A stretch of 64,000 nucleotides of DNA from Octopus sinensis (Eukaryota): positions 6,386,001 through 6,450,000 of the forward strand of contig NC_043016.1 of assembly GCF_006345805.1 (NCBI RefSeq). The letters run 5' to 3'. How positions within the stretch are numbered: the first letter of the stretch is position 1; the number at the start of each line of letters is the position of its first letter. The notes beneath the pieces were generated by a model. That model made no database searches. It saw only the letters and a list, made by a program, of their open reading frames with translations, and was not told where the DNA came from. A program made the translations under genes and the position numbers. Of this stretch, positions 12,782-25,106 are shown piece by piece.

Positions 12782-14330
12782 AAAAAAACCATGATAAAAC
12801 AAAACTCTTAAAAACATATAACGATAAAATCTCCCTTTGCTAAACTCTATAACAAACCTATAAAGTAAACCCCCTAACCTAAACATTCACACACAAATAC
12901 ACACACGTAAACCACAGACTCACGACTTATACACATACCTATACTAACTTATAAACCTCAATATACACCAAAACCCACTCCCTCCCCACACAGACAAATT
13001 AACACATACATCCAAAACCTAAATAACAAACCCCATATACACATTCACACACAAAACACACACTCACACGCAAAACACTCACACACAAAAGATACATATA
13101 CTCCCTCACATATACGCCTATACATACTCACTAAAACTCGACATATACAAACAATACTTACACACCCACAAAAAAAACATTATATACATTTATGAGCTTT
13201 AACTCACCTTAGCATCTTCTAACAAACAACTTGCAGTAACCCAATCCCATTCTCTATGCCTACCTCACTACTACACTATTCCATTCACATTCCAAGCAAC
13301 GCTAGTCCACCACCCGGTTATTCACGTGGCAAAACGAACACCACTCAAAAATTATGAATGAAACAATGTAAAAAAAAACCAACACCTAAAATAGACAAAA
13401 TACCACGAATTACTAAAAAAAACCATGATAAAACAAAATCATAAAAACATATAACGATAAAATCTCCCTTGCTAAACCCTATAACAAACTTATATAGCAA
13501 TCCCCCTAACCTAAACATTCACACACAAAAACCCACACGTAAACCACAGACCCAAGACTTATACACAAACCTATACTAACTTATAAACCTCAATATACAC
13601 CAAAAACCACTCCCTCCCCACACAGACAAATTAACACATACATCCCAAATCCTAAATAACAAACCCAAATACACATTCACACAAACACACACACACGCAA
13701 AAACACACACACACAACAGATACATATGCTCCCTCACATATACGCATATACATACTCACTAAAACTCGATATATACAACAATATTACACCCACACTCATA
13801 CAGATAAATAAATTAATTATACAATTAAAAACTCACAACCAATCTCATATACATAAACACTCTTATGAAAACAACAATAAATACATCGTAATTAACCAGA
13901 ATATCAAAAATAACATTATGACATAGGATAAATCAAATACATACTACAATTCAGTTACAAAATTATGAAGTGAAATTAGATTCTTAGCCGTTTAAAAACC
14001 AAAACAAAATTACGTTACCATGGAAATAACTAATGTAAAAAAAGAATACGCGCCATAGAAAGTAAACGTCATTCATAGTATGAATGGAGAAATATAATAA
14101 ATGGAACTAAAAACTATTTCCACGTAGCAAACCAACGCTACTTAAAAAAATTATTTATATGAAGGATTCTTTAAAAAACTATCATGAAAAATCAACTATA
14201 TACATTTATGAGCTTTAGCTCACCCTAGCAACTCTAACAAACAACTTACAGTAACCCATACTCAATGCCTACCTCATTACCACCCTAATCCATTCACAAT
14301 TCCAAGCAACACTAGTCCACCACCGGTTAC
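12768..14330. repeat. C/A-rich diverged direct repeats (A 12768-13167, B 13181-13320, A' 13400-13795, B' 14199-14330)
   Basis: Colinear shared sequence, e.g. aaaaaaccatgataaaacaaaa, ttataaacctcaatatacacc, tatacatttatgagcttt. Confidence 0.85.
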
Positions 14331-15552
14331 AATTCCCAACTCTACCCATTCATTCACAATTTCAACGACGTTCCCTTCAAACAACTCTACAAATAAGCCT
14401 CAACATATACACCGGAGATACACTTACACATCCGTGCGGATGGGTGAGAGTATACATTAAGTGTAGTGATGGGGCTCCCATTACTAAACACATTTGTACC
14501 TGTGTGGTAGTCTCCATGTGTATATTCACGCACGGGTATAAATACAGGGGGTACACGCTCACTTCATTTACGTGTACCCCTCACATGTACATATGCATAC
14601 TATTTGGCTCGATATATGCAACAATGTAATCACGCCCGTATGTGTGAGCATTCACTGGTTGTGCAATTCACCCATCTGGGTGTGATTGTGTGTAAACTTA
14701 TCACTGTGGAGGTCGAGCTTGATACGTATATATTAGTGTGTATTAGGGGTTGTACGTACTAATTATGTTCATGTGCTTCACGCACTTGCGTCCATGTATG
14801 GAAGAATATATTGGGATTACTATGTAGGTGTAAATAGGGTATGGGGGAGTTTTGTCATTGTATGGGTGTGGGTTTCATTTGTGATGGTGGTTAGTTGGTG
14901 ATTATTAGTATGTTCTGTATATTAGGGCTAGTATGTATTATTCAAGTGTGTATAATTGTATACATATAATTGGTGTGAATGGGATTACTCCCATTTTTTT
15001 TTTTTTTTTTTTTTTTTTTTATTATTATTTTTAGGGGATGTATGTGTTTATTTATCCATGTGGGGCTGGAGTGGCCGTTAGGTGCATATGCTGAGGCTCA
15101 CATGCAAACCCAAGTACAACGAATGAAGTGGGCACTTATAATGTTATGGGTGTGTACTTTATTATAAAAGACAATACCCAAATAAAATCTGTCAATTCAA
15201 CATACAAATAAAAAACAAAAACAAAGGGATCTTAAACATTCACACATACATACAAAACTCAATAAAAACACCACTAATTAACACCCAAAAACATATAAAT
15301 ATATCCTCAAAATACATATAACAAATGCAAAATAAAAATACATAATAAAATAAAAAAATAAAAATAAAAATAAAAAAATAAAAAAATCTAATATAAATTA
15401 TTAAAGTTTTAACGTACCATAAACTGCTAAATTAAATACATTAAAATGAACTAATTAAAACAAAGAAATATCAATAAAGACTAACTATAATTAAATCCTA
15501 GACAACATAACCAAAATATATCATCTAAACTAATTTAAACTAAACTAAAATA

Positions 15553-17780
15553 ACCTATAAAAGGGAACTATTATTGCTATTATCATGAAACTTATTATAT
15601 AAGTAAAGTACTTGTGTCTACATTTTATTTTGCGCTCCTCCCCAGTATTAAGTAAATTATCATACTTATAAAATAAAATTTCTTTAAACTCATTAGAGCA
15701 TAAATAACAACAATTAGCTCCTATATTATATGATTTAGTTTTACAAATTATTTCCCATATTAAACTATAATTAATATTTAGTGATTTAAGACTCCAAATA
15801 TACTTACTAAGTCCGGTTGAGTTGATTAATTTTTATTTTTAAAAGAATTCATATGTTGTGCAATTCTTAGTTTTATTTTTGAGGAAGTAGAACCTATATA
15901 AACCGCTTTTGTGTAATTATTATTCTTAAAGTTATTATCTGTAATGTAACTATACATTTATACACTACATCGTTAATATCACAATTATTATTTAATATAC
16001 AATTAGATTTATCTCTACATGTACAATTAATATAAGTCTTATCATTATAATATTATTATCAAATAATTCTTTTTATAAAAATTATTCAGTTTATATTTAT
16101 TAATGAAGAAATAATGTTACCAACATTATTAGTGGTAGAGTACCAACTCCAAAATTATTAAAAGAGAAAATGTTTCTATATTTACGATTATCTCTAATAA
16201 ATAGTTCTATAACATCTAAAATCTCTTTAATAATATTCGTTTTAACTTGATCTCCATAAGGAACTATTAACCAAATTTTATTCTTATTAACCTTATTATT
16301 ATTATCATTATTATAAATATATTTATAATTCTTTATTTTATTAAAATTATTATCAGAATTATATCTATGTACAGCATTTAAGGAATTATTATATTATTAA
16401 ATTTAACAATATAATTATTATAATAATTATTAAATTTATTTTTATTTATATTATTCTTATTTATATTATTATTATATTTATTATTATTATTATTATTCTT
16501 ATTTATATTTTTATCATTTTATTATTTTTTTTTATAATATCTATTATTTTTACCACTAAACGTAACAAAATTAATTATTATTAGAAGTATCTCGAAAATT
16601 ATCATTTAAATCATTATGCTAATATTATAAAATTTATATATTATTATAACCTGCCCCTCTAAGGGCCTCATTATAATAATTAGCATGTTTATTAAAAATC
16701 TCTATATCATAAGAGAGTAATGAAATACGTTTACTTATATTATTAATCAACGATTTTTTAATAGAAAATGGGTGAGGTTACTATTAACATTTATATATCT
16801 AAGGTTCTCATTAAGTTTATGATATGGTTGTGGTTTACCTGTAATAAGATTAAAATTAACATCTAAATAATTAACATTATAATTCTCCTTATATATAGTA
16901 ATACGTAAACCATATCTTTTAAAGAAACTATATAGTTTTTCTTATATACTTCTAGATTCCTATTAGTACAATTCTTTGTAACTAGTAGAAGATCGTCTCT
17001 ATATAAACCACCCTCTATCTTAAGATTTTCTAATTGGAGTTGAGATAAAAGAAAAATACCTACTAAATCAGTAGCCTGTGCAGAATCTGGTGCTCCCATA
17101 GGTATATCAAAACAATCTCTAGTATCATTCCTAGCCCATATAATTATTTTTATATTTAATTAGCGATTTCCTAGCCAATTTAATTACATTAACTTCTTCC
17201 CGTGACATGCCCACTTTATTCATTGCGAAAATAAGCGCTTTATTAAACACAATTTCATTAATAGAAGAATAATAATTATCTATATCTATTTGAATAAATT
17301 TATAACGATTTTTATCTTTAATATTATTAAACCATTTCAATGTATTATTATTACTAAACCATAATTTTAAATAATTAAGTTTATTAACTTATCAATATAT
17401 TTATCTAAAATAAATTTACTTAATTTACCTAGGTCCGATTTACATGGGCAAATTAATCTAACTTTAGGGTCTGAATAAAAATTATCTTATGGTCTTTAAG
17501 AGTAATTCTGGGGTGCAAAGGTACATAAGGTTCAGTTTTATTATCCAACTCATATTTAACATACTACTTTAGAGGCCTTATTAATATTATAAAGAATATC
17601 ATCTGGAACAATTTTATATTTTTTAATTATTTCTTTCCCTAATAGTTTATCATATAATTTAACATCTAATTTATATAAGTTCCTTGTTTTATCAGATTGT
17701 ACTATAATACTATCCATATTTCTCATATCTTTAATTTTAATTGCTAAATTCCTTAAATATTCATTATTTCTATTTGGGTA
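15553..17780 (-). pseudogene. PLE reverse transcriptase-endonuclease ORF (multiple frameshifts, N-terminus missing)
   Basis: Track ORFs 17131-17340 and 16863-17099 plus manual translation across 1-nt indels. Confidence 0.9.
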
Positions 17781-18066
17781 AGGGAATTCGTGGTAATTAG
17801 TCTATATTTTCGATATGGATTATATATAGGTTATATATGGATTATATACTAATTTTTTTCATTTATACTTTAATTATTTAAAAGTATTATTTTTATTTTA
17901 AAATTTTGATTTTTTAGATTGGAAGTCCACCTGAAGATTGTCGATCAAGACAAGAAACGATTGTAGTGGCGGGTTTTTTTGACTATTTATTAAATTTTAT
18001 GTATTGATTAAGTCTTTCCTTGTTTGTTTTGCAAAATAGTGGTTTTGTCTCAAATAATATTTTATA
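17781..18066 (+). repeat. Inverted copy of the PLE 3' terminus (right arm)
   Basis: Reverse complement of 12493-12781, joined directly to mid-ORF sequence at 17780/17781. Confidence 0.9.
17927..17969 (+). ncRNA. Minimal type I hammerhead ribozyme motif
   Basis: CCAC-CTGAAGA-TTGTC gatcaa GACAA-GAAAC-gatt-GTA-GTGG: intact core, 5-bp stem II, 4-bp stem I, GUA cleavage triplet. Confidence 0.8.
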
Positions 18067-18944
18067 ATATTTTACTATAAAATTGGATTTAATCCTAAAT
18101 CTGATTTTTTTTCCCTGTAAATTTGGATATATTCCCTAATATTTATTATTTATATAATATATATATATATATATATATTATATACACACACATAAAATGA
18201 AAGTAAATATTACATGTCTCTGGCATGTTTTTTCTTCACAAAAAACAGAATTTGTCATTTTTATGAAGAAACATCCCATCCCCCTATTTAGACAAACGAT
18301 AAGAAGTACTTTTAAATTATTAACCTTCATTTAGACCCTCAAAGGCCAGAGAAAGTTCGATAGGTCAACTTATTCTTATTAGTAAGCTCTGAGAAAAGAA
18401 AACAAAAGACTTTAAATATATATTTTTTTAATGCTGCTTTTTCTGCGACCAAAAATTCTTCAAGTCAGTGCTTCAGCATGGCTGCAGTCCAATGACTGAA
18501 ATAAGTAAAAAGATTTTTAGAAAAAAAAAAAAACCGTTGAGGGTTATAAAAAGATTTCAAGAGATTTGGCTGTTGTTTCTAGCATGTGGAAATACCTTCT
18601 AGGCTTAACTTCATGCGCTGGTTGAAAATCATAAAAAAAAATTCTAGTGTCGATACATTCGACTAAAAATTCTTCAAGGCGGTGCCCCAGCATGGCCACA
18701 GTCTAATGACTGAAACAAGTAAAAGGTGAAAAAAAAAGAAAAAATAATCGAAAAATATAGCCATGGGGATTTTGTCCACTTTCACACTATAACAATGGGG
18801 TTTTTGTCCTGCACTCACGACAGATATGTAATTAAAATTAGCAAATTCTTCATGACAGGTTTCTCTCCTCTCAATTTTTAATTAGTATATATGGTAACGG
18901 GACATTGATAAATATAATGGTTTATGATTTAAGTACAAGATTTA

Positions 18945-19362
18945 AGTATGGCAGACACCCATAAAATTATTAACCATCTTACAAAGAATAACTCTGACCA
19001 CCTTTTCAAACTCCACCTGTCTAACACCCGTGGACATGTTTACAAAGTCAGAAAACAGCACAGCTCCCATGACTTTCAGAAACATTTTTTCACGCTGAGA
19101 GTTGCTGAAGCATGGAACAAACTGCTGGCATCAGTTGTTAGTTGTCAGAGCACTGCATCCTTTAAAACTTCCATGCTTCCTGAGATTTGCCAACACTACA
19201 CTTGATTTTCTCCCCTCCATGCACACACGCAAGAATGTATCTGACTCATACACTGTTCACTTCCCAGACATTTGTACATTACTTTGTATACTTTATACGC
19301 ACTTTTGACAAGTTGTGGTGCACCTGAGCACTGTATACAATAATTTCATTATTATTATTATA
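18945..19362 (+). mobile_element. CR1/L2-group LINE 3' end
   Basis: NTRGHVYKVRKQ...KHFFTLRVAEAWNKL...SFK is the typical CR1-type ORF2 C-terminus; ends caataatttc(att)n. Confidence 0.85.
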
Positions 19363-20699
19363 TTATTACAAGGCAATGTATTTTGAAACGAGAGGATATT
19401 AAATTGATGCCTTTGATGCTAGTACTTGGGTGCTGTTTTATTTTATTGACCCTAAAAGGGTGACAAGAAGCTTGACTTTGGTGAGATTTGAACTCAAAAT
19501 GTAAAATTGATAGCAGAATGCTCTCTGGTATTTTTCTGATATATTTACAATTCTACCAGCTAGCTGGTAGAATTGAAACCCACAAGAGTACCTCTTTTCA
19601 TAGTATTCCTGTTCTACCCAAATGTTTGATTCTATTTCAAGTGGAATAAAAAAAGAACAACCCTTAGCCTGTAAGGGTTACTAGTATATGATCATAAAGA
19701 CTTCAAAGAGGTTGGTATTGGTCTGCATCAGCAAAATTTATATTACACAGTAAAATTAATCAAAAAGATTACAGGGAACATGTGAGGAGTGGAAAATCTA
19801 ATGTTTTCAAGGGAAAAGTTTACAGGAGAGAAATTAATGGGACACAGCAGGGTTTTCTGTTAAAAAAACCCCCAAAAACTGGCTGCATCTGATAAGGAAT
19901 GCAGGACCAAGTGAGCTTCACCTGTGAACAGCAAGTGGTAGGATAAAAAGTATAAGAAAGAAAAATGGAATGAGAAGTAGGTAAGGTCAGTAAAGAGATG
20001 AAGACAAAAGATGAGAGAGGGAGGTTGGAAGATAAGAAAGAGTTTACACACACACATGCATAATTACATTTTAACATGCACTTTTTCATGCTTGCATGTG
20101 TCAGACATAATTTGTTGAGGCAGACTTTCTGCAGCTGGATTCCTTTCCTGTTGCCAACCCTTACCTGTTTGTGAGCAAGATAATATTTATGTGTGTGTGT
20201 GTGACTTCCATACTGTTTCCATCTCCAAATTCTTCTTGTATGGCATCAGTCAGTCTGTGACTATGCTAGTAAACATGTTCTTAGAGTGCCACAAACTGGG
20301 TTTGGACCTGTAGTTATTTGATTGCAAGGCAAACTTCTTAACTACACAGTCATTTCTGTACCTATGTGAGACTCAGTTCATTCACTGGAGCTGCTAAACA
20401 AACATAGCTGTTAAATCTCCCTGAAACCTCTTATGAAAACACACATTGGACAATGAATTAGTCCTACATAACTCTAAAATCTATGTAGTCATTTGATTTG
20501 TTGAAAATAACTACCAAATCTCCCTCAACTTTCAGCTTACTCTCTTAAAAACAGACATGGTATGGCATTTCCTGGATACACGATACCATAAAACAAATGA
20601 GAGTCACAGATGGAATGGCTTTGGTCAGCGGTCAGCTGTATCAGGGCTGATCTGAAGCTAAACAAACAACCAAATCTGTCGACAGAAGTTCATTTTGAA

Positions 20700-21256
20700 A
20701 AATCAGTAATTGCATCCGTACTAGCGGGATGCAAAGAGCACCATAAGAGCATGATTGTTGATAGAGCGGCTAACCTGCTTCCCTGCCAGTGGCACATAAA
20801 AGACACCATTCGAGTGTGATCATTACCAGCGTTGCCTTACTGGCACTTATGCCGATGCTAGTAGGGTACTAAGAGCACCATCTGAGCGTGATTGTTGCCA
20901 GAGCAGCCAACTGGCTTCCGTGCCGGTGGCACGTAAAAGGGCACTATTTGAGCGTGATCATTACCAATGTCGCTTCAATGGCACCTGTGGTGGTGGCATG
21001 TGTAAAAGGATTCGAGCGTGGTCATTGCCAGTACTGCCTGACTGGCCCCCGTACCAGTGGCACGTAAAAAGCACCCACTACACTCTCAGAGTGGTTGGTG
21101 TTAGGAAGGGCATCCAGCTGTAGAAACTCTGGCAAATCAAGATTGGGGCCTGGTGCAGCCATCTGGTTCGCCAGCCCTCAGTCAAAATCATCCAACCCAT
21201 GCTAGCATGGAAAGTGGACATTAAACAATGATGATGATGGTGATGATGATGATGAT
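20700..21256 (+). mobile_element. Family A repeat
   Basis: Multiple modules, conserved domain, (GAT)n tail. Confidence 0.88.
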
Positions 21257-21545
21257 CTCATCCGATTGATCTAAATGACCCTCACAGGTTGTGATGACTG
21301 CAACTTTTCCTTTTCTCTCATCTCCTTTTGCTTCCTTCTTCAGTTGAACACTAACAAATCTATTCACCACAAAAGTGATGGCATTGTTAGCCGTGTGGAT
21401 AAGGAGGTTGCTTTGCAGCCATTCAGTTTTGGTTCAGCTCCATTGAGCAGCATACTGGGAAAATTCCTTCTATCATAACTCCCAGTCCACCAATGACTTA
21501 TAAACGAATTTGGTAGATGGCAACTGTGTGCTATGTGGAAGCCTG

Positions 21546-21599
<54 letters not shown>

Positions 21600-22280
21600 A
21601 TTAAGAAGTTTGCTCTCTAACTAAATTATTTCAGGTTTGTTTCCACTGTATGGCATAATGGAGCAAGTGTCTCCTAGGGCCAAGGCATACTTTGTGAGGG
21701 GAGTTGGTAGATGGAAAATACCTGGAAGCTTTCATACGTATGTATGAGTAAATGAACAAACCAAAACAATGGATGAAATGACATTCTTTATTTCACATCA
21801 CTACAATTGTTCCTACACATTACTACACCCAAAGTAGATTGCTGACCAGTCTACAATGGGTGTAGCAATTTCTACTGTTTCTACATCTGTTGGTCAATAA
21901 CTGGACAAGCTTTGTTTTGCATACTATAAGGTTTTTCTCCTAATCTCAACCTATTCTCTGCATCGTGATCTGAAATGTAAAATTTTTTTCTATACTGTTG
22001 ATGGAGGCTTGATTATCCAATGTGTATTTGCTTCCGTTACTGCCTGCATATTTTGGTGAACTATTTCTACCATTGTTATGATAGAACTCTGAGCCCTCAG
22101 AAACAACTGTTGGACTTACGACACCTTACTTCTTCCCTTTTGATCTTCTCTGTCGTTTTGTATTCTGTGTAAGTTTGATCTATTAATAGATAAATATCCA
22201 AATATTTATACTTAAACATTCTTTGTCTGAAAATCTTCAGCCTTTGTTGTCTTTCTGTTTGCATGTGTGTATGTGTATAT

Positions 22281-22594
22281 ATCACCATGATCACTGTGAC
22301 TGACCAGGCTATCAGATGTTGCTACACATCGCTGGTCACAATGCGCTTTGCGTTGTTTTAGCCTTCAAATGACGCCACCCCGCTGGCTAAGCGAGCAGGC
22401 CAACAGAAGAAAGAGTGAGAGAAAGTTGTGGCGAAAGAGTACAGCAGGGATCACCACCACCACCCCCTGCCGGAGCCTCGTGGAGCTTTAGGTGTTTTCG
22501 CTCAATAAACACTCACAACGCCCGGTCTGGGAATCGAAACCGCGATCCTACGACTGTGAGTCCGCTGTTCTAACCACTGGGCCATTGCGCCTCC
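22281..22594 (-). mobile_element. tRNA-derived SINE family C (full copy)
   Basis: A box TGGCCCAGTGG, B box GTTTCGATTCC, body shared with 987-1194. Confidence 0.88.
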
Positions 22595-23229
22595 ATGTGT
22601 GTGTGTCTATATATATATATTTTTTGTATATCAAACCTAAGCAGTTATATTTAATTTGTTTATTTGCATAATTGCCTTTATATCTGTTCAATTTGATTTC
22701 TCTTAAAGCCACTCTTTATTTTGCAGAATTGGTTTCTCCTAAAGACTCAGAGTCTAAATTTTAAATCATTTAAATGTTTTCTATACTGACAATCTCTGGA
22801 TCTTATATGTTGACTATATATACATATATATATAAAGTAAATGAATGATGTATTTTTATTTGATTTTAAATTTTATTCTTTTGCTATTCCAAAAAGAAAA
22901 AAAAAAGACCACTATTTGTGAATACACCAGACAAAAAACATTTCTGCTAGGTTTAATTTCTAAGTTAAAATTCTACTGGGAGACATCTTTGCCTTTCATC
23001 CTTTTGGACCATTGATAAAGTACCTGTCAAGTACTGTGGTTGAGGAAATTGAGTAGCCCCTCCCCCAAATTTTTAGGCTTTGTACTTATAGCAGAAAATA
23101 ATTTTTGATATATTGCATTTAACTAAATATTGGTTGATTATTCATTATTTCATGTTACTTACATTTTGAATTCATTTTTTTTTATTTATTCATTCATTTA
23201 TCTTTTTTTCTTTTTTCTTTTTTTTCCAG

Positions 23230-23370
23230 AAAATTTCACCTAAAATTCTAAATACAGATGAAAATATTCAAGAGTTGCTAAAATCAAAATCTTCTAGTTT
23301 TGAAAATGAGAATGTCAGACTCAATTTTCTTGGTCATATTGTGAATATTTTAACTTCAAAGAATCAAGAG
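23230..23370 (+). CDS. NOC4L: NOC4L exon (KISPKILNTDENIQELL...TSKNQE), phase 0/0
   Basis: Long polypyrimidine tract plus ccag acceptor, 141 nt open, GTTTGT donor; weak alignment to human LVVGGLLSPEEDQSLLL...GQHPE. Confidence 0.75.
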
Positions 23371-23709
23371 GTTTGTTCCATTTCCATGACACGTAGAACA
23401 TTTATATTAGTTGCGATGCATACTTTATTAAAAGAATATTTCTCTGTGGAATTTTTGACATAAGCACACTAACATCAGTTGTCAAGCAGTGGTGGGGACA
23501 AACACAGACCTAAAGTCACACGTGCGCGCACACACACACACACAACCAGCTTCTTTCAGTTTCTGTCTATTAAATCCCCTCTGATTGATCCGACGCTATT
23601 GTAGAAGACATTTGCCCAAGGTTCCACACAGTGGGGCTGAACCCTGAACCTTTGTGGTGTGGAAGCATATTTCTTACCACACAATCATGGGTGTGTGTGT
23701 GAAATCGTT

Positions 23710-24925
23710 ATGGCTGATGCCAGTGTTGCATAAACGGCACCTATACTGGTGGCATGTAAAAAGAAATACCCTTTGAACTTTGGGCCTTACGGACGCAGTG
23801 ACATCTGATCAAGACCTTTAACAATATACAGTGCTTGAGTTGAGAAGATCTGTCAAGCCAAGTAAGATTGTTGCTGTGGCCAATGCCAGTGTTTCATAAC
23901 TGGCACTTGCGCCAGTGGCACGTAAAAAGCATCCATTACTCTCTTGGAGTGGTTGGCATTAGGAAGGACGTCCAGCCATAGAAACCATGCCAAATCAGAT
24001 TGGAATCTGGTGCAGCTTCCTGGCTTACCAGTTTTCAGTCAAACCATCCAATCCATGCCAGCATGGAAAATGAATGTTAAATGATGATGCTGATGGGCTT
24101 CTTTCAGTTTCAGTCTATCAAATCTACACACAAAGCTTTGGTCAGACTGAGGCTACAGTAGGAGACATGCAGTCGGACTGAACCCAGAGCCACGTGATGA
24201 GGAAGCAAATGCTCTATATTCTATGCAGTGCTGCTTCTTGTGAATCAAATGTTTTTCTTTTTCTTGGTATGTTTTACATATAACTAGTTTTAGTTGGTTA
24301 TTTATGATTAAGACTGGCAGAATTAAAGGAGCTGCATGTACTATTTTATTTCAATAAACCCTTTTAAGTGGGATTATATTAATCCTTTTCTTTCCATATT
24401 TCTGTTGAAATAAATTACCGATACTTGAATTAATTTCGAACATCATGAAGAATTTAGTAAAATATCTTTATCATTATTAAGTTGGTGTTGGGAACATTTG
24501 TAAAATTATTTTGTGTCATAAAAGTAACTTAGCTGTTTAAGAAAGATTGATAAAATAATAAGCAGACAAAAGATTCACGCGAGGTCATTGCCAGTTCTGC
24601 CTGACTGGTGCCCATGCCGTAGAAGGGCACCATTCGAGCGTGATCGTTACCAAAGTCGCCTTACTGGCACCTGTGCTGGTGGCATGTGTAAAAGGATTCG
24701 AGTGAGATCATTGCGAGTACTGCCTGACTGGCCCCTGTGCTGGTGACACGTAAAAAGCACCCACTACACTCATGGAGTGGTTGGCGTTAGGAAGGGCATC
24801 CAGCTGTAGAAACCCTACCAGATCAAGATTGCAGCCTGGTGCGGCCGTCTGGTTCGCCAGCCTTCAGTCAAAATCGTCCAACCCATGCTAGCATGGAAAG
24901 CGGACGTTAAACGATGATGATGATG
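23710..24925 (+). mobile_element. Two family A repeats (23710-24095, 24575-24925)
   Basis: Conserved domain and tails. Confidence 0.85.
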
Positions 24926-25106
24926 GTTGATACGATTGACTGAAAGGTAGTGCTCCAGCATGGCTTCACCCTAACAGCTGAAATTTGTTATAAAAAAAAT
25001 TAAAGAATTAAAAAGTATATTATATATTTAATATGAAAGGACAAAAGTGCTAAGCAGTGATGTATATATAATATAAACTTGAAGAAAGCCATTTACTGTA
25101 ATTTTT

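Larger units (their letters stand above)
12493..18066 (-). mobile_element. Penelope-like retroelement (RT + C-terminal GIY-YIG), 5'-truncated, with inverted termini
   Basis: Frameshifted minus-strand ORF ~17780->15550 with QSDKTRNLY, ITLKDHK, FIQIDIDNYYSSI, MGAPDSAQATDLVG, GLYRDD, VNYLDV, CTCRDKSNCILNNNC, VVYKC...YIG, STGLSKYIW, CYLC, KCRH; 12493-12781 is the reverse complement of 17781-18066. Confidence 0.93.

Noticed and set aside
12768-15400. Mitochondrial control-region insertion (NUMT) suggested by strand asymmetry and hairpins
   Set aside because: No mitochondrial tRNA, rRNA or protein sequence nearby, and the region is enclosed by PLE termini
15553-17780. Naiad-type or selenoprotein-encoding PLE
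   Set aside because: The endonuclease is C-terminal, and apparent stops arise from frameshifts rather than in-frame TGA at Cys positions
21346-21408. Strong polypyrimidine acceptor and open frame (LNTNKSIHHKSDG...)
   Set aside because: Weak donor and no similarity to the expected NOC4L N-terminal segments
22520-22594. tRNA gene (also 3999-4060, 1130-1194)
   Set aside because: A/B boxes are present but continue into SINE bodies without a proper acceptor stem
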